64,000 nt of DNA from positions 9,897 to 73,896 of the forward strand of contig JBAYVP010000002.1 of the NCBI GenBank assembly GCA_041674485.1, given 5' to 3'. Position 1 is the stretch's first letter; the number at the start of each line of letters is the position of its first letter. The position numbers and the translations under genes were made by a program. This DNA is from Sulfuricellaceae bacterium (GTDB lineage Bacteria; Pseudomonadota; Gammaproteobacteria; Burkholderiales; Sulfuricellaceae). The notes under the pieces were generated by a model, which ran no database searches, was not told the DNA's origin, and worked only from the letters and a program-made list of their open reading frames with translations. This document shows positions 34,704 through 43,137 of this stretch, in pieces.

Positions 34704-35456
34704 TCATGCGGCAGCCCTCAAGCGCTGCACCTTGGTCACATAGCGTTGCAGCAGAATTCCGGAAGAGATATCGACATTCTTGAACTCGCACCCCACCCGA
34801 TGGATCGTTTGCCCGTTCTGCGCGGATATCGTAACCAGATTTTTAACCTCCAGCGTCGCGCTGATCTTGCCCGTTTCCGGCAAATTGATCTGGCAATTCT
34901 CATAAACCTGCCCCAGCACAAACTCGATATCGTCCGCAGTATAAAACAGCCTCACCCCGCCGCCGCTGATATCCATCACCGGCACATCGAACAGCCCGCT
35001 CAACGGCGGTTGCGCAATGGGAATCACACAAGTCAGGCGCTCGGAAGGGAACAGCGAGAGCCGGTAATATTCGCGGCGTTGAATGCGGTAGAGGATGGCC
35101 GGAAAAGGCAGGTAAAAAGCCGGGTAGCCCTGGTGCGTCACCGCGCGGATACTATCGACCACAAATTGAATCTTCACCTGGTTATGCGCACTGACCAGAG
35201 TGAGGCGCTGGCTTTCCGCAATGCGCCGGTTTTTGGGCGCATCCACGCCCTGCTCCACCCACAACCCTTTATCGCCGACATCCAGCAGCGACGTCATGAT
35301 GAATTCCTTCACGCCATCGTAATACAGCGCGGCAAGCGCCCCGATTTCCGACATATCGCGCAACAAGGACTGTATTTGCTGCGGGGAAGTTACGCGGCAT
35401 TCACTCTCCTGCTCGCCGGCAAGCCTTTCGATGGTTAACGGGATATTTTCGTGCAT
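34704..35456 (-). CDS. YcgR-like PilZ-domain c-di-GMP receptor, tandem paralogue
   Basis: Collinear with 33842-34594 (MHENIPLTIERL...QRREYYR...MDISGGGVRL...HRVGCEFKN). Confidence 0.75.
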   Translation of the reverse strand: MHENIPLTIERLAGEQESECRVTSPQQIQSLLRDMSEIGALAALYYDGVKEFIMTSLLDVGDKGLWVEQGVDAPKNRRIAESQRLTLVSAHNQVKIQFVVDSIRAVTHQGYPAFYLPFPAILYRIQRREYYRLSLFPSERLTCVIPIAQPPLSGLFDVPVMDISGGGVRLFYTADDIEFVLGQVYENCQINLPETGKISATLEVKNLVTISAQNGQTIHRVGCEFKNVDISSGILLQRYVTKVQRLRAAA

Positions 35457-35576
35457 TAACTAAACTTCAATTCAGAATGTCATGCCAAACGACGGTTTTT
35501 CGCGGTCTGGCTTCGGGGTAACGAGAGTCGGCGCGCATGATAACAAAATCCGCCACACCTGATAAGTAAAAGGGCG

Positions 35577-35897
35577 CTACCGTCTTGCCGGAGGCAGGAT
35601 AGCGGGCGTTTCCGCATGTTCCAGCTTATACAGCCAAGCCAGCAGTTCGGCGACAGCGAGATAAAGTTGCGGCGGGATTTCCTGGTCAAGTTCCACCTGC
35701 ATCAACAGCCCGACCAGATCCTCGGACTCATGCACATAGACATTGTTTTGCTTGGCGCGCTCAATGATTGCCTGCGCCATCATGCCGCGCCCTTTGGCGA
35801 CCACCTGCGGCGCGCCGCCCTGGCTCTTGCCGCCCTGTCCCTTGCCGTAGGTCAAGGCGACGGCGACCTGCTGCGGCAAAAGATTATTGGGTTTCAT
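35577..35897 (-). CDS. FlhB C-terminal-domain-like protein (EscU/YscU/HrcU family fragment-type gene)
   Basis: VAVALTYGKG...PQVVAKGRGMMAQAIIERAKQNNVYVHESEDLVGLLMQVELDQEIPPQLYLAVAELLAWLY. ATGA overlap with the fliK stop. Confidence 0.75.
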   Translation of the reverse strand: MKPNNLLPQQVAVALTYGKGQGGKSQGGAPQVVAKGRGMMAQAIIERAKQNNVYVHESEDLVGLLMQVELDQEIPPQLYLAVAELLAWLYKLEHAETPAILPPARR

Positions 35898-37072
35898 GGC
35901 TTTTCCACTACGGCGTTGACCAGCGGGATGCCCGCATCGGCCAGCGAATTCTTCAGCCTGGGCAGGGCGCTATGGAACAAATGCGCGGTCGCCGGCTCCG
36001 TTGCGCGCAACATCACCCGCAGCCCGCTTTCGGCGAACACCAGGCGCGCATGGACACCGCCCAGACTGGGCAAAGTCAGCTCCATCTCGGTGCTCCACTG
36101 GCGCTCATCCTGCTGCCGCGCCTGATGCTCCGGCTGCCCCTGAATTTCCCACTGCATCTGCTGGCCGGGCCAGACCTGCCCCATCCACACCAGATGATGC
36201 TGCTCCAGCGTGTGCAACTGCTGCTGCACCATTTGCACCAGCTCCTTGGCGATCGGCTGGGCGGCATCACCGCCGGGCTTGGCTTGTGCCGCCGGGTTCG
36301 ACTGCGCGGCGGCTGCCTTCTCGGATACATTTTGCTCGGTGACAGACTTAAACGATTCGGGAGCACTTGCCTGCATCTGCACAGCACCCGCCTTATTGTA
36401 CGCAACTTGATTCGCGGTAGTTCCAGCTTGATTCGCGGCTGCTCCCGCCAGAGCTGCTGGAACTCTTGCTCCAACAACGTATTGCGCGTTGGGCAGCAGC
36501 TGTGCGCCCTTCCCGGTCAACAAGTTCTGCGGCTCCTCGCGCAACTGGTTGATACTGCGCTCGCCGCGTATCCACTGCGCCTGGTGCGACTCGTAAAACA
36601 GGCCGCTCTTGCCCAGCGTCTCGCGCAGTGCCCCGGCCAGCACCTTGGTATCCGGCATCTGCTGCCCCGTCTCCCAGACCGCCTTGTTGCCGGACTGCTG
36701 GACAATCGGTCGTTCGATCGGGCGTTCCGCCAGATTGGAAAGCATGCGCGCAGTCGAACCGATTTGCTCGGGGGTGGAAAGCGGATTGGTCGAAGCGACG
36801 ATGCCAAAAGTAATGCGCGGCTGCAGCGAAAGCACTTCCAGCTTGATCGTATCGCCCGCCTTGATATTACCGGGCAAGCGCATCTGCAAAGTCTGCCCGG
36901 CAACCTGCACCTTGAACAATCCCTCGCTGAGTTTTTCCTGAACCGAACCCTGCAACTGCTGCCCGGGCTCAAGATTAGTGACAGGCTTGGGCGCATCCGA
37001 AGTCAGCACGCCCTGAGGCTTTCCGGAGTTGGAAAGAATTTGCAGCGCGCTGATTACATTGGCGGGTAACAT
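35894..37072 (-). CDS. fliK: Flagellar hook-length control protein FliK
   Basis: Gln/Ala/Pro-rich central region and the conserved C-terminal block LRLQLHP-type (WSTEMELTLPSLGGVHARLVFAESGLRVMLRATEP...LPRLKNSLADAGI). Position next to the flhB-like gene supports the call. Confidence 0.75.
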   Translation of the reverse strand: MLPANVISALQILSNSGKPQGVLTSDAPKPVTNLEPGQQLQGSVQEKLSEGLFKVQVAGQTLQMRLPGNIKAGDTIKLEVLSLQPRITFGIVASTNPLSTPEQIGSTARMLSNLAERPIERPIVQQSGNKAVWETGQQMPDTKVLAGALRETLGKSGLFYESHQAQWIRGERSINQLREEPQNLLTGKGAQLLPNAQYVVGARVPAALAGAAANQAGTTANQVAYNKAGAVQMQASAPESFKSVTEQNVSEKAAAAQSNPAAQAKPGGDAAQPIAKELVQMVQQQLHTLEQHHLVWMGQVWPGQQMQWEIQGQPEHQARQQDERQWSTEMELTLPSLGGVHARLVFAESGLRVMLRATEPATAHLFHSALPRLKNSLADAGIPLVNAVVEKP

Positions 37073-37246
37073 CGTATGGCGATCGCCCAGTTAAGATGAA
37101 ACAACACCCAATCCCCCTCCGCTTCGCTCCCCCACATTTTTCAAAGAGGGTGTTTCCCCACCTTGAAAAGGGGGGCTAGTGAGGATTTACTTTTATTTTC
37201 GCCATTCAAAGTAGCTCATTCCCTGTAGGTTGCTTTTGAAACAACA

Positions 37247-37334
37247 GTAGCCCGGATGAAGCGGAGCGAAGTCCGGGAAATCACTGGGCGCGCCCGAAAA
37301 AGCCCCGGATTCCATTGCATTCCATCCGGGCTAC
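37247..37334. repeat. REP family R2 (GTAGCCCGGATG ... CATCCGGGCTAC)
   Basis: 12 bp terminal inverted repeat enclosing GAAGCGGAGCGAAGTCCGGG and CCCGGATTCC sub-hairpins. A second copy lies at 45059-45138. Confidence 0.7.
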
Positions 37335-37343
37335 GCTTGCTGC

Positions 37344-37661
37344 TCAAAACCCCTGAAACAGAAAGTCCAGCGCGGTGTTGATGACCACCTGTTCGCTGGC
37401 CAGCGATTGCACCGGTTGCTTGAACAGGCGCAAGGGCACTGCGGCCAACTTGGGCGTTTCCAGCAGGCAGTCGATACCTTCGATCATGAAAACGGGCATC
37501 AAGCGCATCGGAATCTGGCTGGCAGGAAACCGGTCGCGGCGGCGCAAGGGTACGACTACCCGGGTTTCCAGGCCATGCAGCAAATCACTTTGCACATCCA
37601 GCAAAAAAGGCACATCGGCGGCATGAGTGCCACTATTGCGAAAAACATCAAAGCGCGCCAT
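37344..37661 (-). CDS. ccdB: CcdB-family toxin (gyrase poison type)
   Basis: MARFDVFRNSG...PFLLDVQSDLL..LETRVVVPL...LMPVFMIEG...LLETPKLAAVP...ALDFLFQGF is collinear with CcdB. The start lies 1 nt after the ccdA stop. Confidence 0.8.
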   Translation of the reverse strand: MARFDVFRNSGTHAADVPFLLDVQSDLLHGLETRVVVPLRRRDRFPASQIPMRLMPVFMIEGIDCLLETPKLAAVPLRLFKQPVQSLASEQVVINTALDFLFQGF

Positions 37662-37662
37662 G

Positions 37663-37902
37663 TCAGAATGAGCGCCAAGCCTCAAGCGGCAGCCCCTCAC
37701 GAGACACATCTGCATTATAGGCTGCGATAAATTCAGCATTTTCGGACTGCCAGCGCCGCTCCTGTTCACTCTTGACCAATTCGCGCAAAAACCGGTCACA
37801 AGCAAGGGAAATGTTGATCCCCAAAGCCTTCGCCTCGTTCAACACATCGGCGGAAAGGGTGATATTGGTGGCTTTTTTAGGAACAGTGACAATATTTGAC
37901 AT
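37663..37902 (-). CDS. ccdA: CcdA-family antitoxin
   Basis: 79 aa: ...TNITLSADVLNEAKALGINISLACDRFLRELV...RWQSENAEFIAAYNA. Typical CcdA ribbon-helix-helix and C-terminal region, placed upstream of ccdB. This is the plasmid-type antitoxin, unrelated to the cytochrome-biogenesis ccdA at 31069. Confidence 0.8.
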   Translation of the reverse strand: MSNIVTVPKKATNITLSADVLNEAKALGINISLACDRFLRELVKSEQERRWQSENAEFIAAYNADVSREGLPLEAWRSF

Positions 37903-37970
37903 GAAGACCTCCTGATGATGTTTTCATCATATGCGCATACTATCACAACATGATTGATGTTCGTTGTTAG

Positions 37971-38351
37971 CTATTTAACCCTGGCGTGCGGAATATTCGG
38001 ACTGCTTGGATTGACCACAATACTTTGTCGGCTGGGCGACAAAAGCAGATCCATATCTTCCATCGGCACCGCGCCAAGAAGAACCTCATCCCCCAGAACC
38101 AGCGCGCCGACAAAACATATCCTGTTCTCGAACGACACCTTCACGGGACCCACATACGGTACATTCATCGAGCGGCCATCCGCCACGGTAACCTCGCGCA
38201 AAGATTCCGTCTGCAAATCGAGCTGCAAAGCAATGTGCTCGGGCAAGCACAACATAAGCGCGCCAGTATCAGCAAGCGCCCTGATGCTCATCGGTCGGAG
38301 TTCAGGTTTGCGCGGGTTACTTAGCTCAATACTGGCAAAAATGTGCCCCAT
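37971..38351 (-). CDS. Clan AA (retropepsin-like) aspartic protease family protein
   Basis: 126 aa with ALADTGA (D-T-G active-site motif) and ...LLGAVPMEDMDLLL. The size fits a single-lobe retropepsin-type protease. Confidence 0.7.
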   Translation of the reverse strand: MGHIFASIELSNPRKPELRPMSIRALADTGALMLCLPEHIALQLDLQTESLREVTVADGRSMNVPYVGPVKVSFENRICFVGALVLGDEVLLGAVPMEDMDLLLSPSRQSIVVNPSSPNIPHARVK

Positions 38352-38490
38352 AGTCGCCCTTCCTTTCAGTGAACCCTTGGCATATTGATACTGCCCATAT
38401 GTGGAGTATCAAAGGGAACCTCCTCATGGCACTCGGTTATGGGATTATGGCTCTGTAACAATCGAGTGGTTTATGCTACGGCTCTGGTTG

Positions 38491-38568
38491 GTAGGTTGGC
38501 GCTGAACGCAGTGAAGCCCAACATCAGCCGACCACATGTGTTGGGCATCTGCCTTAACGCAAACCTAC
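38491..38568. repeat. REP family R4 (GTAGGTTGG ... AACCTAC)
   Basis: GTAGGTTGGCGCTGAACGCAGTGAAGCCCAACA...TGTTGGGCATCTGCCTTAACGCAAACCTAC. It abuts the fliT stop codon. Confidence 0.6.
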
Positions 38569-38888
38569 CCCCCATAAACCTGCTGCAGCCTTTGCTCTTG
38601 GCGGTTGCTTTGCATGATGCGCTGCAACTGGCCCATCCACGCCACGGTGCGGCTGCGGATATCGGCGTCGTGTTCGAGGATTTTCTTGATGATCTGCGCC
38701 TTGCGCTGGCGTGCTGACTCGTCCAGCGTGGCTGCCGCATCCGCACGCTTCATCGCGGCGACATAGCGACCGCACTGCTGCTCAAGATCAATCAGTTGAT
38801 CCCACTCGCCGTGCTCTGCCGCCTCGCGCATCTGCGCGGTCAGCGTGGACAGCGACTCGTAATTTTTGATGACTTCATGGCTGCCCAT
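38565..38888 (-). CDS. fliT: Flagellar export chaperone FliT
   Basis: 107 aa helical protein (YESLSTLTAQMREAAEHGEWDQLIDLEQQC...) immediately downstream of fliS. Confidence 0.65.
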   Translation of the reverse strand: MGSHEVIKNYESLSTLTAQMREAAEHGEWDQLIDLEQQCGRYVAAMKRADAAATLDESARQRKAQIIKKILEHDADIRSRTVAWMGQLQRIMQSNRQEQRLQQVYGG

Positions 38889-38890
38889 TT

Positions 38891-39619
38891 TTACATCCTC
38901 CCGTATAGCGATTGCACCTTGCTTGCCATCCGCTGTTGCTGCGGCTGCATGGGCGACGGCGTATTGGCCGCCTTGGCGGGAGCGGCTGCCGTGGCGGTGG
39001 CTACCGGCTTGGGTTGCGCGGCGGTAACAGGCGCGGCTGATGCGGCTTTAGCCTGGGGCGGCACGACTGCAACAGATGCCGGTTTGACCTGCGCAACAGG
39101 CGCTTTAACCTGAGATTGCACCGGCGCAGCCTTTGCCTGCGCCTGATTGGCCGCAGCGGGCACCGCATAAACCTGCGACACTCTTGCGGGCGGTGGCACG
39201 ACTTCAGCGGCTGGCGCGGCGGCGGCAGCGGCAGCGCCCGGTCGAATGCTCTCCCACGCGCCCTTCAAATCGTTCAACAAACGCGCCACCTCATCCAGCG
39301 CGCCCATATCGTTGTTCAGGTTGGCGACTAGCAGACGCCTGGCCATATAGTCATACAGCGACGACAGGTTTTGCGCCATCTCGCCGCCCACTTTTTTGTC
39401 CAGGCTGGCATTCAGCCCGTCATCAATGATGGAGATCGCCTTGGAAATCGCCGCGCCCTTGGCGGCAATATTCTTGCGCATCATGCCGTTCTTGGCAGTT
39501 GCAATCGCCAGCAATGCGCCCTGATAAAGCATGGCAATCAGCTTGTGCGGGTCAGCCGCCAACACGCCGGACTCAACATCGACTTTTGCATAAGCTTTAC
39601 TGGCTGTAGTTGCGTTCAT
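38891..39619 (-). CDS. fliS: Flagellin-specific chaperone FliS with a C-terminal Ala/Pro/Gln-rich extension of about 115 aa
   Basis: FliS core AYAKVDVESGVLAADPHKLIAMLYQGAL...KGAAISKAISIIDDGLNASLD...GEMAQNLSSLYDYMARRLLVANL. Then ...GAAAAAAAPAAEVVPPPA...[39 protein letters not shown].... Confidence 0.8.
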   Translation of the reverse strand: MNATTASKAYAKVDVESGVLAADPHKLIAMLYQGALLAIATAKNGMMRKNIAAKGAAISKAISIIDDGLNASLDKKVGGEMAQNLSSLYDYMARRLLVANLNNDMGALDEVARLLNDLKGAWESIRPGAAAAAAAPAAEVVPPPARVSQVYAVPAAANQAQAKAAPVQSQVKAPVAQVKPASVAVVPPQAKAASAAPVTAAQPKPVATATAAAPAKAANTPSPMQPQQQRMASKVQSLYGRM

Positions 39620-39632
39620 GGTAAACCTCCGT

Positions 39633-41105
39633 TCAATTATTGTTGCTGATTTGTGCGAGTTGTTGGGTCAAATAAGTACTGGTGGCATTCATGCTGCTCA
39701 ACAAACTATCCAGCGAAACAAATTGTGCGCGGTAGCGTTTTTCGACAGCCAGCAAGCGCGTTTCCATTTCTTTGCGTCGGCTGGTGAGATCTGCAATCGT
39801 CCTGCCAATACCCTCGGTACGATTGGCCAGAGTACCATCGCTGGCCAATGCCGCAGTCGTAAAGGTGTCCAGCGAGGTGAGATAGCCGTTATCGGAAGAA
39901 AACAGGATGGCGATATCTGCAAAGCTATCTGTCATGGCCGTATCAAGTTTTGCTTGGTCGAGTTTCAGCGTGCCGTCCTTCTGGAAAGTCACCCCGATAT
40001 TCGTTAGCGTGTTCAACACCCCTGAAGTACCGCTTACCGCCGAACTCAAAATGCTGCGCATCTGGGTTTGCAAATTGCGTATCGTAAAATCGCCCTGCAA
40101 CGTCGCCCCTTTTTTGGCGGTGGTATCGTAAGAAGTTTCAGTTTTCAAAATGCCTGCAAGATCGTTATAGGCTTTGACAAAACTGGCCACCGACGTGCTG
40201 ATAGAAGAGGTGTCCCGCGCCACGGTCAGCTTGACCGGCTTGTTAATTTCGGTTTCATTGAGGAGGTTGATCGTGACCCCGTGGATCACGTCGGAAATCG
40301 AGTTTGATTCCTTGCTCACCGCCACCCCGTTGACCTTGATGTTGGCGTTGCTTGCCGTGACTGTTTCTGCCAGATTTTGTGTGCCACCAGGGCCGGGATC
40401 GTGCGCCAGCAAATTGCCGATGTCGGCATCGCCGCTCACCGAAATTTTCATGCTGTTGCTTGCGCCGAGCTTGTCGGAAGACAGCACCAAACGGTAAGGC
40501 GCTGTCGCATCGCCGTCATTGATGAGGGTTGCGGTTACACCCATATTGGCTTCGTTGATCGAATCGCGGATGCCTTCCAGCGTATTATTGTTGATATTGA
40601 TGGTGATGCTATGCGTGCCCGCATCATTGCTGGTGAACGTGGCACTGCTATAGGTACCGCCCGTATCGGTGTCGGCATCGTAAGGCGTGAATGTGCCCGC
40701 AACAGTACCAAAATCGAAAGTGACCGTCGTTTCGGCTCCCGTGCCGATGGCCTCGGTAATGCTGGCTTGCCCGGCGGCAATCAAATTTTGCGACTTTGCC
40801 AGACTGGTGACTTCCAGGGAATAAGTGCCTGCCGTCGCAATGCTGGTGGCGGTGGCGGAAAAAATCGTATCGTCGGAAGGGGTAGCCTTGAGCGACTGGA
40901 ACATAGTCGCGCTGTTCAAGTCGCTCACTGCAGTTTGAAAGCTCGACACCGCACCCTTGACGGTGCCGTAAGAGGTAAGCTTGGCTTGGTAGCTGGCTTC
41001 CTTGGCGTCGAGTTTATCAATCGGCATCCGTTCAACCTTCATCAACTGCGTGACGATGCTGTTGACATCAAGGTTGGTTGATGATGAAGTGGCCGCAGTT
41101 GCCAT
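39633..41105 (-). CDS. fliD: Flagellar filament cap protein FliD
   Basis: ATG 41105 after AAGGAAC. LDVNSIVTQLMKVERMPIDKLDAKEASYQAKLTSYGT N-terminal block and C-terminal ...RYRAQFVSLDSLLSSMNATSTYLTQQL block. Confidence 0.85.
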   Translation of the reverse strand: MATAATSSSTNLDVNSIVTQLMKVERMPIDKLDAKEASYQAKLTSYGTVKGAVSSFQTAVSDLNSATMFQSLKATPSDDTIFSATATSIATAGTYSLEVTSLAKSQNLIAAGQASITEAIGTGAETTVTFDFGTVAGTFTPYDADTDTGGTYSSATFTSNDAGTHSITININNNTLEGIRDSINEANMGVTATLINDGDATAPYRLVLSSDKLGASNSMKISVSGDADIGNLLAHDPGPGGTQNLAETVTASNANIKVNGVAVSKESNSISDVIHGVTINLLNETEINKPVKLTVARDTSSISTSVASFVKAYNDLAGILKTETSYDTTAKKGATLQGDFTIRNLQTQMRSILSSAVSGTSGVLNTLTNIGVTFQKDGTLKLDQAKLDTAMTDSFADIAILFSSDNGYLTSLDTFTTAALASDGTLANRTEGIGRTIADLTSRRKEMETRLLAVEKRYRAQFVSLDSLLSSMNATSTYLTQQLAQISNNN

Positions 41106-41545
41106 GGTCTGTTCCTTTAAGCCTTTCGTGTGTATTGCCGCGTTGATTGTGGGTGCGAATTCATTCGCCCGAGGGTGGATCAATCCGCCCCTGCCACAAC
41201 ATCTTGCCCCGATTCAAAATCAATCCGTAAGCTCTTGGTTAGCTTATCGGCAAGATTTTACTTTTGTTGCGTCCCTCAGCCAAATCTTTGCGGTTGTCAC
41301 ACTAACGGTCATGGCGAGCAGCCACCCCTGATAATGAAACTCACCATGCCCGTTTCCCTCTCCTCAATCCTCTCCCGCAAGCGGGCGAGGAGGCGAACGA
41401 ATCGCTACGCGAGTTTCACGTTAAAGATTCCATCCGGTGCCGGGGCACATCATCTTTGCCTCCGCGCTACCTGCTCAATCGGCCAACGACACCTTGACAA
41501 AAGCGCTTCTCGATGCGGGTGGCGGTATTTGAATTCCGCCAGGTA

Positions 41546-41797
41546 ACTACTCAGGTACTGCCGCTTTTCTCCTTCCCCCTTGCAGGGGGAAGGGCGGGAT
41601 TAACCAGCGACTTGGCTGCGGTCTTTTGCAGCCTAGTCGAATGGCTAGTTGTTTCATCGAGGTGGTAGGAAGGTGGGGTATTCAAAGACACTTTGCGATG
41701 ATTCCACCCTTCCACCCCCATCCTAACCTTCCCCCTTCCAGGGGGAAGGGACTGGCGTTGTGGTTGTTTCAAGCACACTACTTCGACCTGAGTAGTT
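41546..41797. repeat. REP/MITE-like family R1, long composite form, inverted relative to 28932-29124 and 47275-47369
   Basis: ACTACTCAGGTACTGCCGCTTTTCTCCTTCCCCCTTGCAGGGGGAAGG ... GGTGGGGTATTCAAAGACACTTTGCGATGATTCCACCCTTCCACCCCCATCC ... CCTTCCCCCTTCCAGGGGGAAGGGACTGGCGTTGTGG...CTACTTCGACCTGAGTAGT. Confidence 0.8.
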
Positions 41798-41829
41798 ACA
41801 AATTACTCCTCTAACCCCGTTGGTGTCGC

Positions 41830-42156
41830 TCATTTTGCTATCCCCAAGAACACTGCCAAACAACGCTCGACTTCCACCAGGGCATCTGCGTCGATGCGTC
41901 CGAAGGCTCGGCCTACCTTGTCGCGCTTCACCGTCATGGCCTTGTCCACCATCACTTGCGAAGGTTTCTGCAAACCGTTTTCTGCGCTCGGTTGCACGGT
42001 GACGCGAAGCAACGGCGCGGCAACGAGCGTGCCGGTGATGGGCAGTACCATTGCGCTCGCGTGCTCTTTGAACTGGTTGGCCTGAATCACCAAGGCGTGC
42101 CTCGGCTTGCCAAAGTCGCCTTGCACGGCGATGGTCACGAGGTCGCCGCGCATCAT
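41830..42156 (-). CDS. mazF: PemK/MazF-family type II toxin (mRNA interferase)
   Basis: MMRGDLVTIAVQGDFGKPRHALVIQAN...VLPITG...SQVMVDKAMTVKRDKV is the typical MazF/PemK layout. 4 nt overlap with the upstream antitoxin. Confidence 0.8.
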   Translation of the reverse strand: MMRGDLVTIAVQGDFGKPRHALVIQANQFKEHASAMVLPITGTLVAAPLLRVTVQPSAENGLQKPSQVMVDKAMTVKRDKVGRAFGRIDADALVEVERCLAVFLGIAK

Positions 42157-42377
42157 TCCGTCCAGCCATCCACATCTACCAAGGCTTCATCCATGAACTG
42201 CTGCATAGACGTATCAGCCATGTCCGCTTGAGCCACCAAGCGGCACTGGCGGCGGCACTCGGCCTCAAAGTCTGGGCGGCGTGTGTCCGGCACCCAGATT
42301 TGCACCGGGCGCAGCCCCGCCATGCGCAGCGCGTCGCGGTGCTTTTGAACTCGTGCATTAACGTGCGCGGTTCCCAT
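42153..42377 (-). CDS. DUF3018-type (MazE-like) antitoxin
   Basis: 74 aa: VQKHRDALRMAGLRPVQIWVPDTRRPDFEAECRRQ...MDEALVDVDGW. This pattern is characteristic of DUF3018 antitoxins paired with PemK toxins. Confidence 0.7.
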   Translation of the reverse strand: MGTAHVNARVQKHRDALRMAGLRPVQIWVPDTRRPDFEAECRRQCRLVAQADMADTSMQQFMDEALVDVDGWTE

Positions 42378-42488
42378 GTGAAGACCCCCATCAAGTTACA
42401 TGCAACACTATACACGGCAACAGGGTTACATGCAACGACTTTAGCAACTCACACCGGTCGAGCGAAACAAAATATCAAAGTGGTGAGA

Positions 42489-42748
42489 CCCTCATGGCAC
42501 TCGGTAAGCAATTTTTCGCCTATTCGCCGCCGCCCCTGCATCGGTTTGGTAGGTTGGGTTAGCGTAGCGTAACCCAACAATCCACCTTGTTTTATCAGCG
42601 TTGGGTTACGCGATATCCCTCACCTCAATCCTCTCCCGCCTGCGGGAGAGGAGGCAAACGTGAAAAGCACTTGTTGTTCCCTGCCGCTAACCCAACCTAC
42701 ACATGCTGTTTTATGGCGATGTAAATCCTTAACCGAGTGCCATGAGGG
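42489..42748. repeat. 260 bp nested palindromic (MITE-like) element
   Basis: Outer 17 bp inverted repeat CCCTCATGGCACTCGGT (42489-42505) / ACCGAGTGCCATGAGGG (42732-42748). Inner 15 bp IR GTAGGTTGGGTTAGC (42549-42563) / GCTAACCCAACCTAC (42686-42700). Internal hairpins GTTGGGTTAGCGTAGCGTAACCCAAC and CTCTCCCGCCTGCGGGAGAG. Confidence 0.75.
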
Positions 42749-42774
42749 GCAGACACCTTTGCTTTGCTGTGAAT

Positions 42775-43137
42775 TTACATCGCGAGCAATACTTGTTTGG
42801 CGGTAGCGCGAACCTCTTTTTTGCGGCCATGCCCAGGGAATGGCATTTCTTCCACTTCCACCAAACCGATTCGTTCCAGCTCGTCGATATCACGTTTGAC
42901 CGCGCTGCGATCCCGGTGAAGCCGCTGCGACAAATCGGTAATCGAACCCGGACACTTTTTTACTTCACGGAATAGCACGAGCTTTGCGGTTGTAACCAGA
43001 CGCGCCAAATCTTCCGGGTTCTCAAAGGAAATAATACGCTCGCGCGGAATGCGTTTGCCTTGATCCGCCAGCCTCGCCATTTCCTTGCCGCGTTTGAAGA
43101 ATTCATCCGTGTTCGCCACTTTGATAGTCGTTTTCAT
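42775..43137 (-). CDS. HTH DNA-binding protein, TumA-like antitoxin candidate
   Basis: 120 aa: ...ENPEDLARLVTTAKLVLFREVKKCPGSITDLSQRLHRDRSAVKRDIDELERIGLVE (winged helix). ATGA overlap with the upstream TumE-like remnant. Confidence 0.6.
   Translation of the reverse strand: MKTTIKVANTDEFFKRGKEMARLADQGKRIPRERIISFENPEDLARLVTTAKLVLFREVKKCPGSITDLSQRLHRDRSAVKRDIDELERIGLVEVEEMPFPGHGRKKEVRATAKQVLLAM

Noticed and set aside
35768-37069. 433 aa plus-strand ORF
   Set aside because: It is antisense to fliK and has a low-complexity Arg/Leu/Pro-rich translation. The fliK frame has the conserved C-terminal block and operon context.
41244-41251. Sigma-28 promoter upstream of fliD (perfect GCCGATAA on the minus strand)
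   Set aside because: The -10 element is perfect, but no acceptable TAAAGTTT-like -35 lies at the required 11 nt spacing, so it is not reported as a feature.
41130-41546. 138 aa plus-strand ORF upstream of fliD
   Set aside because: It runs through REP-type repeats (CTCTCCCGCAAGCGGGCGAGG and others) in an intergenic region. The translation is repeat-derived.
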